The notes under the pieces: model-generated | The model's database searches: none | Told to the model about the DNA's origin: nothing | What the model saw: only the letters and a program-made list of their open reading frames with translations | Made by a program: the position numbers and the translations under genes | Part shown: piece after piece, positions 11,001 to 19,700 of the stretch | Position numbering within the stretch: position 1 is the stretch's first letter | Layout: each line of letters opens with the position of its first letter | Origin: a virus | Lineage: Duplodnaviria; Caudoviricetes | IMG/VR virus record: IMGVR_UViG_3300000502_000002 | Span: 1 to 53,881 of that record | Strand: one strand, 5' to 3' | DNA: 53,881 bases

Positions 11001-12570
11001 GATCGACGCCAGAACGTTTTCCGCCTTTCGGGTTCTCAATTGCAATATCGAGTCCGTGAATTTTAACGTGGCCCTTTTTGTAGTTTCCGGCTTCTTGCTG
11101 TGCTTGCGTTGGCTGCGGCAACTTATTTTTGCTGGAAGTCGCGGCTCTATTGGCCTCGCCGTCAATAACTTTCTTAGACATAGCAATGTCTTCGTCGGTC
11201 ATCTCAAGAGCCTTCTCCTGGGACTCTTTTTGCTGGATACCAGAGTTAATAAGTGAATTCATATCCTCCCTGGTAAAAGCGGTCCCTCCTGGAGTTACAT
11301 TGATTGCCGGAGCTGGCAAAGATTGATAGTTCCCGCGCATCTCTATCGGTTCAGAGCTACCACCAAGGTTAACGGTACTCCCATACTGCGGAGAGCCACC
11401 GACTCCTGAAGAGTTGTGCTGCTCGATCTGGAGCGCGCCACCGATACTGTAAACCGGCAAAACTGCCTCCCTGGGCGTCGGCTTATCGTTGACAACTTCA
11501 GCGTCATAAATGGGAACGTTCGGCTCGGGAAGGGCAAGGGGAGTCCGGCGATTCCCTTCGGCATCATTTGCGCCACCGGTCAGGTCGACATCGTTGACTT
11601 CACCACCCTTGCTAAACATTCCTGCGCCACCGCCGATAACAGCACCGCCAAGGCCGCCAATAACACCAGCGTTAAGCGCCTCTATCTGCCCTTCCTTGCT
11701 GAATGGATCTTTGTAGGCTCCGGCCAATTCAAAAAGAGTCTGGGCGTATTCCGTTCCCCCCTCAATTCCGCCTTGCTTTACAGCCTCTTTTATTCCCCGA
11801 GTCAGAAAATTACGGCCTTCTTCCGTCCTGAAAATTGGAATCTCCTGAAGGGTCTTGAAGATGGGAATCTTTGACATGATTCGCATCTCCGGGATAACGT
11901 CAAGCGCCGCCGCAGGGGCCGCATAGAGTGCGGCCCTTGCGGGGTTCTCAATACCTTGATCGTTCTGGTCAGCATAGATAGAGCCAAGCTCCATCCCGTA
12001 GGAACCGGCAGCCGCACCTGCGACAGCACCGCGAGTGATAGCCTTTTCCGCCATCTCTTTAGTTAACTGTTTCGCGAGCACTTTTGCTCCAACCCGGCTG
12101 GCCCCACCGGCCGCTATTGCTCCTGCACCGCCTGACGCAACAGTACCGGCCATCATCGGGACGAGCGATCCGATTCCATGAGCTGCATACTTTGTGAAAT
12201 CCGAAAAGCTGTCGATATCACTCAGGCTACCAACGTCTGCGGCATAAGACCTGGCTTTTTCTGCCCAATATCCAAGGGAGTCTTCACCTAATCTGGAAAT
12301 TGTTTTGGAGCCGGCAAGGTCGCCTGCGAACTTTGTTGCGCCACCAGTAATAACGCCAAGTTCAAGGACCCCCTCTGCAATACCGCGCCCAAATTCCTCA
12401 ATTGGGTTGTGATCTTCCGGCTCTTCAATAGGGTCTACTCCGGCTCTTGCCTGTCTAATATCTGCACTTGACAGCTTGTACGGTTCCGATGGCTCCTGCT
12501 CTCTCTGTTGATCAAGGCCTAGAACTGAGTATGCGTTCTGGATATCGTTAAACGAAATTTCGTCTTCCAT
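2032..12570 (-). CDS. Giant polyvalent (DarB-like) virion/ejection protein with pyrophosphatase-like, N6-adenine DNA methyltransferase and Strawberry-notch-type SF2 helicase domains
   Basis: 3512 aa. IENPKG...HYGY...GADGD.VDV...FDEHKV (about 11120-10700); EPTAGNG (about 10073-10093) and NPPF (9871-9882); GDQTGVGKGR (8431-8460), DEAH (8050-8061), SATFA, GSTGLSLH, QGMGRSNRKGQ. Confidence 0.88.
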   Translation of the reverse strand: MEDEISFNDIQNAYSVLGLDQQREQEPSEPYKLSSADIRQARAGVDPIEEPEDHNPIEEFGRGIAEGVLELGVITGGATKFAGDLAGSKTISRLGEDSLGYWAEKARSYAADVGSLSDIDSFSDFTKYAAHGIGSLVPMMAGTVASGGAGAIAAGGASRVGAKVLAKQLTKEMAEKAITRGAVAGAAAGSYGMELGSIYADQNDQGIENPARAALYAAPAAALDVIPEMRIMSKIPIFKTLQEIPIFRTEEGRNFLTRGIKEAVKQGGIEGGTEYAQTLFELAGAYKDPFSKEGQIEALNAGVIGGLGGAVIGGGAGMFSKGGEVNDVDLTGGANDAEGNRRTPLALPEPNVPIYDAEVVNDKPTPREAVLPVYSIGGALQIEQHNSSGVGGSPQYGSTVNLGGSSEPIEMRGNYQSLPAPAINVTPGGTAFTREDMNSLINSGIQQKESQEKALEMTDEDIAMSKKVIDGEANRAATSSKNKLPQPTQAQQEAGNYKKGHVKIHGLDIAIENPKGGKRSGVDPNGEAWSVEMPAHYGYFKRTEGADGDQVDVYIGEHPQSEKAFIVDQVDPDTGAFDEHKVIIGANSLGEAKKIYDGGFSDGSGPQRAGAITETSIDGLKDWLGRGDQGKPLRSEVNVTTAESENAATTEDVAERATQNAVRSAAAIPMAAATATAEKGAVVEADVDHGTPSKVNTVGLSKRFGEMIGSLDRDVASLDKFQVKKALADLWGKKVSELNDSGDYDHKAVEEAMELAVVKKAREVMRGPGSFDAKFEKIKRLYKRQPNLLMRTGKSMSKQQYSTPSPIAALMQHWLGIDENGGMLIYEPTAGNGALISGAEDLDSVIVNELDSGARLDNLKAFFKDNGVPEGNVFNTDATDLNLSDYGLPKAERIIANPPFGSIKPVKIDGFPISKLEHLIVAKSLEQMTNDGKAAFIIGGHNFNGKGRMSEPDRMFFNWLYSHYNVAHNVDVNGDLYRRQGTSFDIRVIAVDGRKSIPDKEFAPARSGQVETADTFDRLYDILKTEGGKTYVNQHENREPTVSDNDGVSRDGQERGARNDSADDAGDTAARAEIASKREHERNVSVRNSRGSADSSSDAGDGGSGGSGARSERNGEAADRRRGSSVISSVGSKPVGSGKSRLTGGEQNKIFTQEAADKAAAILRKKLSQVNSGFDPELLSAGIQIAGYHIEKGIRKFSDFAKTMVEAFGEGVKPHLKGWYKAISSNYGDQFSGMDNDAAVDATDINGAVSESATRDAAKVKTESSPEKVPSRNGKPNKAAMPKRNKFQAPYSPQSNREPGGNLIPVNMEKKVKGALESLEDETGKTVDDYLTEKLQYGSVNDLWKALSAEQIDAVALAVDAIDKGEAIIIGDQTGVGKGRSAAAIIRYANLNEHVPVFTTALPKLFTDMWGDLNDIGYGDMKPFIMHSNPDSDIVDGSGEVLIKRHGDSSLYQEILDSGNVKQWFKDHGYGVVFTSYSQVQEGMKKLQSQILTQLSVDNIVVMDEAHEAAGDSNRGKVFSAALQDAAGVLYLSATFAKRPDNIPIYFRTAIGSSGLSRQGLIDAMARGGVPLQQAIASLLAESGQMIRRESSWDGISIAYETDTTNAARDEQRADQVTAILRRIVQFDKLKSKSVDNMNQDAQENGMAVTGEESTSAGVTSTNFSSIVHNIVSQLLLALKADMTADRAIEIFKRGEKPIINLTNTMESTLEHFIDASGYSLGEAVSADFSTVLDKALEGTRRIRVTDPYGNSTRSIIPVEQLTPEAQDIYYGIKAQIERLDLDLPLSPIDYIAARMRDEGCNVGEITGRKYAVRYDFTNGKKNLIAIEPRKIRKGEKNKSVIDFNNKRTDALIFNSAGSTGLSLHNSPKTGTDRRRRIMLMVQPDPNINTMMQGMGRSNRKGQLVADDNGKTLLPGYIFPSTSLPAEIRPNVIRQKKMASLNANTSANDESVVSSTRSTDDMMNRHGDAVTREFLANHPDISELLDIDTSAEGLFQRVSGKIAILPSRAQREFYEEVEQEYSDLMDYLDRTGQNDLKSSNLDYRAKTLESVTIHQGADEGNPFAASAYLETLEVNVLRKPYNSEKVKELVRKALDGRTRDQYNAGLISQLDRMEADYEAKVREDKADLEPEQLERTISRLITYPASVIRNALKGVNSQYDDLVIGGTYEVNIEEGYNPLAVLTGMRFKRGTNPVALSRFELEFAVADSMQTISLPMSRDTQLRATRLKNYGFSSEGWDRATPKKDREKVRVVTGNLLYGYQQTRGQIVNFTTEDGDTRQGILVPKGESSENLGKTTFVTADAALSYLKTKIGSSRVSTVNANIPGVSISYDHYNGEATVRVPGDKRSREKYYTDEMQALFARDYRKVQGSAVANVNAENLGRVLDIFGSEHQMSFGVSSEFAAGRGSIQSKSGEKTTTLNSGIPVDALVQEIVKLKRNTAAAFPKLVDLGLHLLKGGHDSLASFTAKMEELLGSSYEVFRDMMIKVFDFVRRKLKEERGSVSFEQKQSESDAATRESMKNGSEKVTRETTRRVNSKLNGYAAGKAIHDFAADRMHERLKTLIGNIIATPLFQAEKNPLLRVFVKEQIRRQEDNAKTKASFMEYETRDGKKRTLQDLRKDFRNLTAVQRKMVQKLIVEGDAFGVVYDTIDDARRYARLRNVDEAAFKHYKELRGFIGGLRGKLINELMENALERYNHKPEIKSRLRKMLSSREAMDFSEIESDVYKAYMDMQGLKLIFPEYQNKPWFNTLVEILTDKDARNDWQTTVKDKNIDEDLRQALKTVMENKIIERRVKRAARNLVESRKALRDLKSQVGNINGWFPRIREDGVYRVSVNEKNEDGSDGREVFMQMVNSKAAARELRKKLMENPKEFMPVNFKEAASYSFPEPTIVNKLSEEMYGSITGDIATQQLIQKAINGANGKVGINAELFEEISNALMRETADAILSRGAGRHQIRRKANLIEGYNTSDVYGTLDQYIRGASGYVTKSRYAIRQMHNLNQTKPEAKEWAFSYVKDSLANSGYADRISARARGVATLWFLGLKMSSAVVNATQNMTFGQAELSRYTKSAGRVMTKAHADLLSDYAASREGRLTEKITKSERAALWTALRQGLVHETVIGDMIAEDRNPGTFMDKNLQRALKFTMAPFQAIERINREAAFLAAYRSFQPQGFKPTAEHPFHQDAFDKASEFVYTVHFIPGKANLPKWARNWAGRTVYTLQSFAFNSLNWMYNRATSGERDQVIALGRAIAAIAVLGGIGAVPGADDIDKLVRKITGKDYRLEFESWMHKHASEYGDPGDAAVDFIFYGLPSTVGLNISNSLAVRVPILSNFISGDSVTESATGPVGALIQKGFNAVDSFSNGDYYRALESAAPEFMAGPMRAYRLASEGATTKGGKPIYGKDGSQVKYDGTDAFKRSLGFQPLEQSKQSNLQFVGYELKNYWQERKSQVYAKIRRLFENGSAKGRQEAHQLVLEFNAQLMSSQARSLVSPIRSLKQALHSRPDKKTARFTQENDI

Positions 12571-12598
12571 ATCTACTATTCAATCCATCCGTTAAGAG

Positions 12599-14023
12599 TT
12601 AAAGAGGTGAAGAGATACCGGCATAGTCAGTTGCCATTTGCGAATAACGCTGCTCGGTGTTTTTGTTCGATGAAAGCGGAAGAGCAGGCTTGTCTTTGTC
12701 GTGGCCATTTGATGACGACTTTTTCACTGGTTTCCTTCTCGCATCGGCAACAGCTGCAAGGCTCTCGGCCTTTTCTTTGGGCAGGCGGCGAATAATCTCC
12801 CTTCTCATTGCGGGAGAAAGCTGTTGCAGTTTTATGGTTGCCTGTCCGTCTGGTAGGTTTCCGACTTCATTTGTAATGCTTACAAGCGCCTCTTCTCTTG
12901 CTTGGTTCTGCTCGGTAAGAAGTTGATGCCCGATCATTGCGTCTTCAATGTTGTACTCGCGCATGAACTTCTCAAGCTGTTGCATCCCATTCCGGTCATA
13001 ATCGAGGGCGCCGGTTGGATATCCGTAAGAATCCACCTGAGGGGAGCTGTAGTGAATCTTCGCAACCGTGTCCCAATTTTTAAATTTTGCCTGCCCAGAT
13101 CCTTTTCCATTCCCGTTAGGCATATAGCTATCGTGTTGGTTATTCTTCTTGAATTTCTCAACCGCGATAGCTTGATTCGTATTGTTGCGAGCCTTCAAGT
13201 TTTCAAGGTCGATTGCTTGCCTCCGCTTCTGGGCGGCAGCCATATTGGCAAGGTCTCGGTCGGCAATAGAAGTGTCGCCAAGCTGGATTAACTTTGCCTT
13301 CGCATCAGCGATAGCAGTTTGGAGACGTTTCGCGTTATCACTGTAGTCGTTCCCTTCACCGACTCCGTTTTTATCGAATGAATCAATGATGATCTCGCGC
13401 CGGAGTGAATCATCAAGGAGTTGGTCAATGCTGACCTTCTTGACTTCATTGTCTCCCTCGTCTTCAGTTCCACGGTTGGCTGTCATGGGGGCCTTCACCA
13501 CTTTCCCGTCCTTGCCCGTATATTCAAGCTCGAAAGCAAATTCCCCATTCGCCCCAGGAATAGGGTATGCCCCTACAATTCTCTTATTGGTTCCACCAGC
13601 CCCTTTGTTTATCTGCGAGGCGTGGATTGAGTTGAGATAATTCAGAAAAAACTTATCGTCCATTTTCCCGGCCTGCATTCTCTGGTGGGCCTGGGTAATG
13701 AGTGACTTATCTTGCCGCCTCTTTGCCGGGTTAATGTACTCGGCTGCGGGGAGGCCGATGTCGCCAGCAACACCGTCCTGCAGCTGCCTAAGCTGCTGTT
13801 CCATCTGGTAGATATTGGCCTTTGTGCTTCTAGCATCGGCTATTCGTTGCCGCTCGCTGAGCTGATAACTTCTATCATCACGGTAATTTTGGCGTTGCTC
13901 TCCCTGCCAGTCCACTTCGCGCTGATGGTCTTGTTCGGCGATATCGTCAAGGCGGTTCTGGCGCTCAATGTTATTAACCATGGAATAGGCCTGAAGGCCC
14001 GACAATATTGGGTTTCCTGTCAC
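12599..14023 (-). CDS. Putative internal virion (DNA ejection) protein
   Basis: 474 aa, helical and charged; directly upstream of the giant protein in the virion operon. Confidence 0.6.
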   Translation of the reverse strand: MTGNPILSGLQAYSMVNNIERQNRLDDIAEQDHQREVDWQGEQRQNYRDDRSYQLSERQRIADARSTKANIYQMEQQLRQLQDGVAGDIGLPAAEYINPAKRRQDKSLITQAHQRMQAGKMDDKFFLNYLNSIHASQINKGAGGTNKRIVGAYPIPGANGEFAFELEYTGKDGKVVKAPMTANRGTEDEGDNEVKKVSIDQLLDDSLRREIIIDSFDKNGVGEGNDYSDNAKRLQTAIADAKAKLIQLGDTSIADRDLANMAAAQKRRQAIDLENLKARNNTNQAIAVEKFKKNNQHDSYMPNGNGKGSGQAKFKNWDTVAKIHYSSPQVDSYGYPTGALDYDRNGMQQLEKFMREYNIEDAMIGHQLLTEQNQAREEALVSITNEVGNLPDGQATIKLQQLSPAMRREIIRRLPKEKAESLAAVADARRKPVKKSSSNGHDKDKPALPLSSNKNTEQRYSQMATDYAGISSPL

Positions 14024-14037
14024 GTTACCTCCCCCTA

Positions 14038-14295
14038 TTAAAAAACTTCGCTAAGAAGGAGCCCGGCACCCGCTCCAATTACTGCTCCCCATGGACCACC
14101 AACGCTCCCGTATTGTGCTCCGATCATCGCGCCCGTCATCGCACCTGAAGCTGTCATGCTTGCCTTCTGGTTGCTCTCTGCCTCTTCCATGGCTTTCTTT
14201 TCCCGCTCCTGTTGCAATTCAAGCTCTGCCGCCTTTGCGTACCCGACGTTAGCGCCAACCCGATATCCGTTGCCCATATTCAGCACACCAGCCAT
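14038..14295 (-). CDS. Glycine-zipper small virion/ejection protein
   Basis: C-terminal GAMTGAMIGAQYGSVGGPWGAVIGAGAGLLL; lies in the ejection-gene cluster. Confidence 0.65.
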   Translation of the reverse strand: MAGVLNMGNGYRVGANVGYAKAAELELQQEREKKAMEEAESNQKASMTASGAMTGAMIGAQYGSVGGPWGAVIGAGAGLLLSEVF

Positions 14296-14298
14296 GAT

Positions 14299-14901
14299 TT
14301 AACTTCCTAGCCCGAATTGATTAGTGAGGTTCGGATCGCTACCAAGCGCAATGGCCCTGTTTCGATCAACGTAGTTTGTTGCTATTCGATTTGCAGCCCC
14401 TACCAACGCCTTCGTCCTTTCTATATCTGCAAGCCTTGAGTTTGCATTTGTCGCCCGCTCAGAAACGTTAATGCCATACCCGGCCTGCCTGACTTGCTGC
14501 GCCTGGTCCGCCGCATCCATAAACGAGTTAACGTTGTCTGCTCCCTCTTGTTGGGCGATATCCAATACTCCTGGGTTGTTATAGGTCGCCTCATTCATTA
14601 CGTTATCTTCCATAGGCTGGACAGAGCGCTTGAAATCTTCCCACTGGTCCCTGGTTATTCTCGCCCAGATATCAGAGGCCTTCCCTGAAGTGCCGATTGC
14701 TTGCGTACTTGGAGCGATTCCAGCTGGGTCAAGAACCTTTCTGCCCCCCTTTGTTTGGTAAAGAGAGTAGTTTAGACCTCCGCCAAACCCGCCATCGTTT
14801 GTAGCGTCCGCTATAGCACCTATGTTGGTCGGGTCATCAACTATCGTGTCATATAGATGCTTCGTTGATTTGAATGGATTTAGATGACTTAGGAACCCCA
14901 T
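14299..14901 (-). CDS. Putative internal virion protein
   Basis: 200 aa, tightly packed in the operon, A/N/Q-rich helical C-half. Confidence 0.6.
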   Translation of the reverse strand: MGFLSHLNPFKSTKHLYDTIVDDPTNIGAIADATNDGGFGGGLNYSLYQTKGGRKVLDPAGIAPSTQAIGTSGKASDIWARITRDQWEDFKRSVQPMEDNVMNEATYNNPGVLDIAQQEGADNVNSFMDAADQAQQVRQAGYGINVSERATNANSRLADIERTKALVGAANRIATNYVDRNRAIALGSDPNLTNQFGLGS

Positions 14902-14916
14902 AAAGCTGCCTTAATG

Positions 14917-15450
14917 CTATTTGTTTTTGTAGAAAGCAAGCCCAGCACCAACCGCCGTACCCACCGAATCTCCATAGGCTCTCTTAGTTGTCTCATCGGC
15001 AAGAACGTCACTGTACTGGCTCTTGACCGCGTCAGAAGCAAGGCTTCCATAATTAAAAGTTGCGTCAGCAGATTCACCGTTACCGATATCTATAGCGGCC
15101 TTTTGGGCGGCCATTGACTGATCTCTAACCCCCTGCTCTGCGCTGGTTGTTGCTCTTGACCCAAGCGCTCCGACCTGCAACGCATTTTTATTTGAAACGG
15201 ATGATCCCGTTGACGGGTCTACACCAACAGGGATAGCTCCTTGGTTGGCCTTTGCAATCTCCGTCCGCACCTGACCGGCAACTCTGTCTTCCTGGTCCGT
15301 CGTTTCTCGCGTTACATCAGCGATAAATTTATTCCTAAAAGGGGTGTATACGGTCTTGAAGCGGTTATATTTCTCGGCAGCAACCCTTGCGTTCTCAACC
15401 TGCTGAGAGGTTTCTTTGACTCCTTCACCGCCGCTCTTTCCGCATCCCAT
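14917..15450 (-). CDS. Putative internal virion protein with N-terminus MGCGKSGG
   Basis: 177 aa, SD GGAGG, C-terminal Gly/Ala hydrophobic tail. Confidence 0.65.
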   Translation of the reverse strand: MGCGKSGGEGVKETSQQVENARVAAEKYNRFKTVYTPFRNKFIADVTRETTDQEDRVAGQVRTEIAKANQGAIPVGVDPSTGSSVSNKNALQVGALGSRATTSAEQGVRDQSMAAQKAAIDIGNGESADATFNYGSLASDAVKSQYSDVLADETTKRAYGDSVGTAVGAGLAFYKNK

Positions 15451-15466
15451 TGTTGGCCTCCAACAT

Positions 15467-15955
15467 TCACATTGACTCTCTTCTTAATTTTTCTATCACT
15501 AGACTCTTCTGGTAATGTCCTAGCCCTTCGTCGTGCACGAACGCCCTCACCCTAGAAGCAAATTCAATTGCATACTCCTCACCATAAATAATCCACGCAG
15601 TCATCATGAAAATGTCTGCGTAGGAAGACCTAATAACGAATGAGTATTCGTAGGCCTCCTGTGCCTCTTGTCTCTCTATCTCAGTCGCAAGTTTCCAGTT
15701 GCCTATCGCCACCATCATCAATGGATGCAACGATGAAATGTTTGACATATAAAACTTATTTGTCGGAAGACCGATAAGAATTGACTCGAAGGCTCTGCTT
15801 ATATCTTTGTTTTCAACCTTGACATCTCTGTCGCACAGATCGTCCCAGACTGCAGAGACATTGACAATTGTCGAAAGGAATTCGGCAGCGTCCTTATCTT
15901 TTTTTGCTATCTCATTGATAGGGTCATCGATCGTTTTAAACGGTTCACAGGACAT
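15467..15955 (-). CDS. Helical protein with DDxxD motif (possible isoprenoid-synthase-like fold)
   Basis: VWDDLCDRD motif in a predicted all-helical 162-aa ORF. The function is inferred only. Confidence 0.6.
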   Translation of the reverse strand: MSCEPFKTIDDPINEIAKKDKDAAEFLSTIVNVSAVWDDLCDRDVKVENKDISRAFESILIGLPTNKFYMSNISSLHPLMMVAIGNWKLATEIERQEAQEAYEYSFVIRSSYADIFMMTAWIIYGEEYAIEFASRVRAFVHDEGLGHYQKSLVIEKLRRESM

Positions 15956-16085
15956 TTATTTTGCCTTAACTTCACAATTGAATTGCTTTTAATGGCGCAA
16001 AAACCTTCCCATTATTTACCATATAGAGGGGTCTTTGCGCCACCCGAACCAAAGCTATATTTCTGTGGGCACTTACTGCCACACG

Positions 16086-16742
16086 TCACTCAACGTTAAC
16101 ATCAAACGAGATTGCAATTGACTTGACCTCTTCCGTTGTTTTAGCCCCCTTGATCTCCTTCTCAAGTTGGCTTTTGTGCTGCCAGTAGGATAATGCGTCT
16201 GCCCCTTGCTTCAGTCGAATCTCATTGGCATCTGCAATTGGCACGGGGCTAGTCCCGTCGTCAACTCCATGCCTAACGTTATAAAAATCCTTAACCTCTG
16301 CCATATATTCCATGCCACTACCAGTCGCAAACATATACCCGAAAGCCATTCTTGTTGCGGCAGTTTCTCCAGCATTCATCCTGATTGTGCCACTGTTTGT
16401 AGTCGGGCAATCAACGTAGATATCCTTCCCGGATACTGGATCGGCCCCGGACGAAACAATCTTGTAAATAGCCGAAAGCTGCGTGAGGGCCTTTTCCTTG
16501 AATTCATCGATAGAAGATGTTCTTTCAATAATACTCGTCTCGTCGTTGGAAACCTTCATCCCTTTAATTGCGGCTGGGCTTATCGTTGGCTCAACAACAA
16601 TAACCCCATGGGTCTCTGCACTCAGTCCCCGCCGTGCAAGCGCCCGATCACCCATCTCAAGGGTAACCTTTAGTGTTTCGGAGTCACGCTGACTCCACAG
16701 AATATTCCCAGATGCTCGTGCGTAAAGTGCTACAGTTGCCAT
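16086..16742 (-). CDS. Tail-fibre-associated protein (DUF4376-like C-terminus)
   Basis: Immediately downstream of the tail fibre; C-terminal K..L...I..A.T.EEV..I pattern. Confidence 0.65.
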   Translation of the reverse strand: MATVALYARASGNILWSQRDSETLKVTLEMGDRALARRGLSAETHGVIVVEPTISPAAIKGMKVSNDETSIIERTSSIDEFKEKALTQLSAIYKIVSSGADPVSGKDIYVDCPTTNSGTIRMNAGETAATRMAFGYMFATGSGMEYMAEVKDFYNVRHGVDDGTSPVPIADANEIRLKQGADALSYWQHKSQLEKEIKGAKTTEEVKSIAISFDVNVE

Positions 16743-16745
16743 GGA

Positions 16746-19700
16746 TTAAACCCCTATTGCGACGACATATAATTCGCCGTCCTGAATGGATGTCCTATCA
16801 CCAAGGTACTCGACATGCGATTTGTATTCGAGGTATGAGTAGAAACTCTCTTCCCGCTCCCCACTGTCGCTGCCCACCGTGTTGGTGCCGTGGACAAGAT
16901 CAAACGCTGTAATCCTGTACTGCCATCGCCCTGTGTGGGGGAATGCGGGGAGCTGATAAGTGCTTGTGTGGTACGATTTGTGCGTAACGACAGTCAGCGG
17001 GAGCCACTCAGTATCGCCATACTCCCGAAATTCTACCCTCAGTTTCCCACCACGTGCACTTGTGTTCACTCCATGCCCTTTAATGGTTACAGCTATGCTG
17101 GCGACGTTTAGATTAGTCGTTGTGTACGTATAAGAGCTAGAAGTGTCTAGGTGTCCACTGCGTCCTCTTAGATCTTTATCACTATCGTTGTAGCCCACAG
17201 ACCCACTCCCGCCGATTGTGAGTTCGGCCTTAGCAACAACTCCGGTGCGTAGGTCACCGTCTAGTGGCTCGTACCCATAATCCGTTGACTGGTCGTAATT
17301 GCTGTACGCTTTACCGTACGAAGGGTGGTTCTTCGGGGTTACAATGATGAACGGATCTTCTTTGAAAGGGACCCCAAAGTCATACTCTTCGCCTGAGTTC
17401 ACAACCCCGGCCTCTATTCGGTAAAATGGTGAATATTCAACCCCGCCGACATAAAAGGTCTGCCCCGTCGGCCCGATCTCGACCTTATCTCCGTTGGCAA
17501 GCTCCATGCTTAAAACTTTGCTTTCCATGTCAACGTTAAAGAGGCCGTCGGCCGACGAAAGTTTCCAGCCTATAATCTGCTGCGCGGTCTTAGCCAGTAC
17601 TGATGATAACCGGTCGGCAACAATCGTTCCGCCGACAAAGTTGGTTGCAGACAGGTTGACGATTTTTGCTGTGTCTAAATACAGCTTACCTTCGTCGAAA
17701 ATAAACGGAATGAGGTCTTGATCGGTCGAGTCCGGGTCTGCAATCCATAGGCGATCAAGAAAAAATCCCATCTCGGTTGATTTTGAGTCCCCGTAAAGAC
17801 CGTAGCCGGTGACGCGCCCGTTAGCGTCAATTTTAACTTCCCTGACAGCCTTAAGATCAGTGATTTCAGCCTTATCTTGCAGTGAAGTCTTAACACTCCC
17901 GACTGAGGTCTGAAGTGTGGTGATGCTATTTGCCAAAGCACCATAAGCAGTTGTTCTTGCGTTTTTCTCGACAGTGACAGCCGCGTCTATCTGATTGTTG
18001 ATCTTGTCGTAATCTGTAACGTCAGCACCGTCCTCAATCCCGTTGGTAGCAGCGACATCCTCGAAGAACTCAAGACCGTCTACCTGAGCAGTACCGTTTC
18101 CCCCGGGGTAATTGACGATGAACATCGGCCGTACATAAGCGGTACCTTCACGGAACTGAGTATTCTTATCTCCTGTCCCAGTTATCCTCCCCTCAAAGGT
18201 AAGCCACCCTTGGCTGGCTGATATCGCGCTTCCACTGCACGCAAAGTACCTGTGACTTCCAGCTCCCCCAGTGATGTTGTTGTAGTTTTTGTCCAGGGTT
18301 GCCACGCCAGCGTAAACCCGCGATCCACCTGTCGAGGAATCAGCCGTCTGCCTAACCCTGAACCGGGCAATGTAGGTCCTCGTCACGTCGACCGGGATCG
18401 GTGTTGTTGCAAAAAAAAGCCCAGGGTACCCCGTGACCTCTAGTGCCGAGCCTCCCCACGACCCCGCCTGCACAAGAGAGCCTGCGGTCGTTTGTGGAAC
18501 TGTTTTTCCCTCGCACGACTGCGACCAGTATTTGTTACCCTGCTCAAAATGCCCGTTATAGACTAGTGTCTCATTTGCAGTAACGTCAGCGCCGTCAGCA
18601 GGGAGGACAGCATATTCAGAGCCCGGACAGTTGTATGCTGATGCGGTTACTTTATTGCCTACCTGCTCCTCAAGCATGATCCCGTCGAAGTACGCGTAGG
18701 TCGTACCCGCTGAGTTGTAGCTGTCGTTATCAAGCCGCATCATGCACATCGTAGAACTGTCCGCAGTGAGGTCAATAACCCCCTCGACTCTGTGCCACTG
18801 CCCGTCAGGCGGGACAGAAGCCTGAACGCTATAGTACGACCCCTTTGCTGTTCTAACATACAGCGAGGCGTTAAAAGTTGTTTTAGGTGAGCCTGCTGTA
18901 GGAATCCTGACATAGGCGGAGTAGATCCACCGCTTATTCGGGGCCAGTGGGATGCTGTAATTGTTAGTGGCACCTCCGAGATACACGTAGCTGTCCGCGG
19001 CTACCGCAGCAACCCGCAGACTGTAGTCCCCAAAGTAGGAAACTCCCTTAAGCACCTCGACGGTAGCGCCATCCCGCTTAGCCCACGATGCGCAATCATA
19101 ATTCCCCCCATTCCAAAAACTGAACCTCGCTGGGATGATGTTAACGCCCCGGCCTGCAATCTGGTTGGCCGTGACATCAGCACCGATCTCGTAGTCCGCT
19201 TTGGGGATAATCTCAGTCTGGGAGCCCACGGGGCTAGCGACAAATGTGTTTGTCTGCTCCCCGGAGATCCAAGTGTAGGGTGTGCCATTTTTTACCAGCC
19301 ACGTCCCATCAAGGCAGACTTCATAGTAATTGCTAGCCAGCTGGGCGTAGACTGTTATCACCCAATTGTCACTCCGGGAGGGGTCTTGCCTCTTGAACAC
19401 CCGAATAAACGCACTCGGGTTATCGCCTTTATATGCGAAGTGCTCAGCCAGCGGAACTGTGCCGGGATTCCCGGTAACGAAACTTATGCGCGCCTGACAC
19501 GATGCTGTGTATCTGCCCCCACTTGACCCCCACCGGAAGGTCCCCTCAAACTGCATACTGTCGTATACACCGCTTAAGCCACCTTCGAAGATCTTGATCC
19601 ACCCTGAGGCACCAGCTGTGCTTGCGCGGCAAGGGATGTAAATAGGGCGGTTTGAGAAGGGGAGAGGGACACCGTTAAACGCCCCAGATGGCGGTAAGTA

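Noticed and set aside
2014-13640. Numerous antisense and alternate-frame ORFs of 60-200 aa inside the large genes
   Set aside because: They are shadows of long motif-bearing ORFs, with no recognisable domains or operon fit.
14038-14295. Class II bacteriocin call for the Gly-zipper ORF
   Set aside because: No double-glycine leader, transporter or immunity gene. The position within the ejection-gene cluster favours a virion role.
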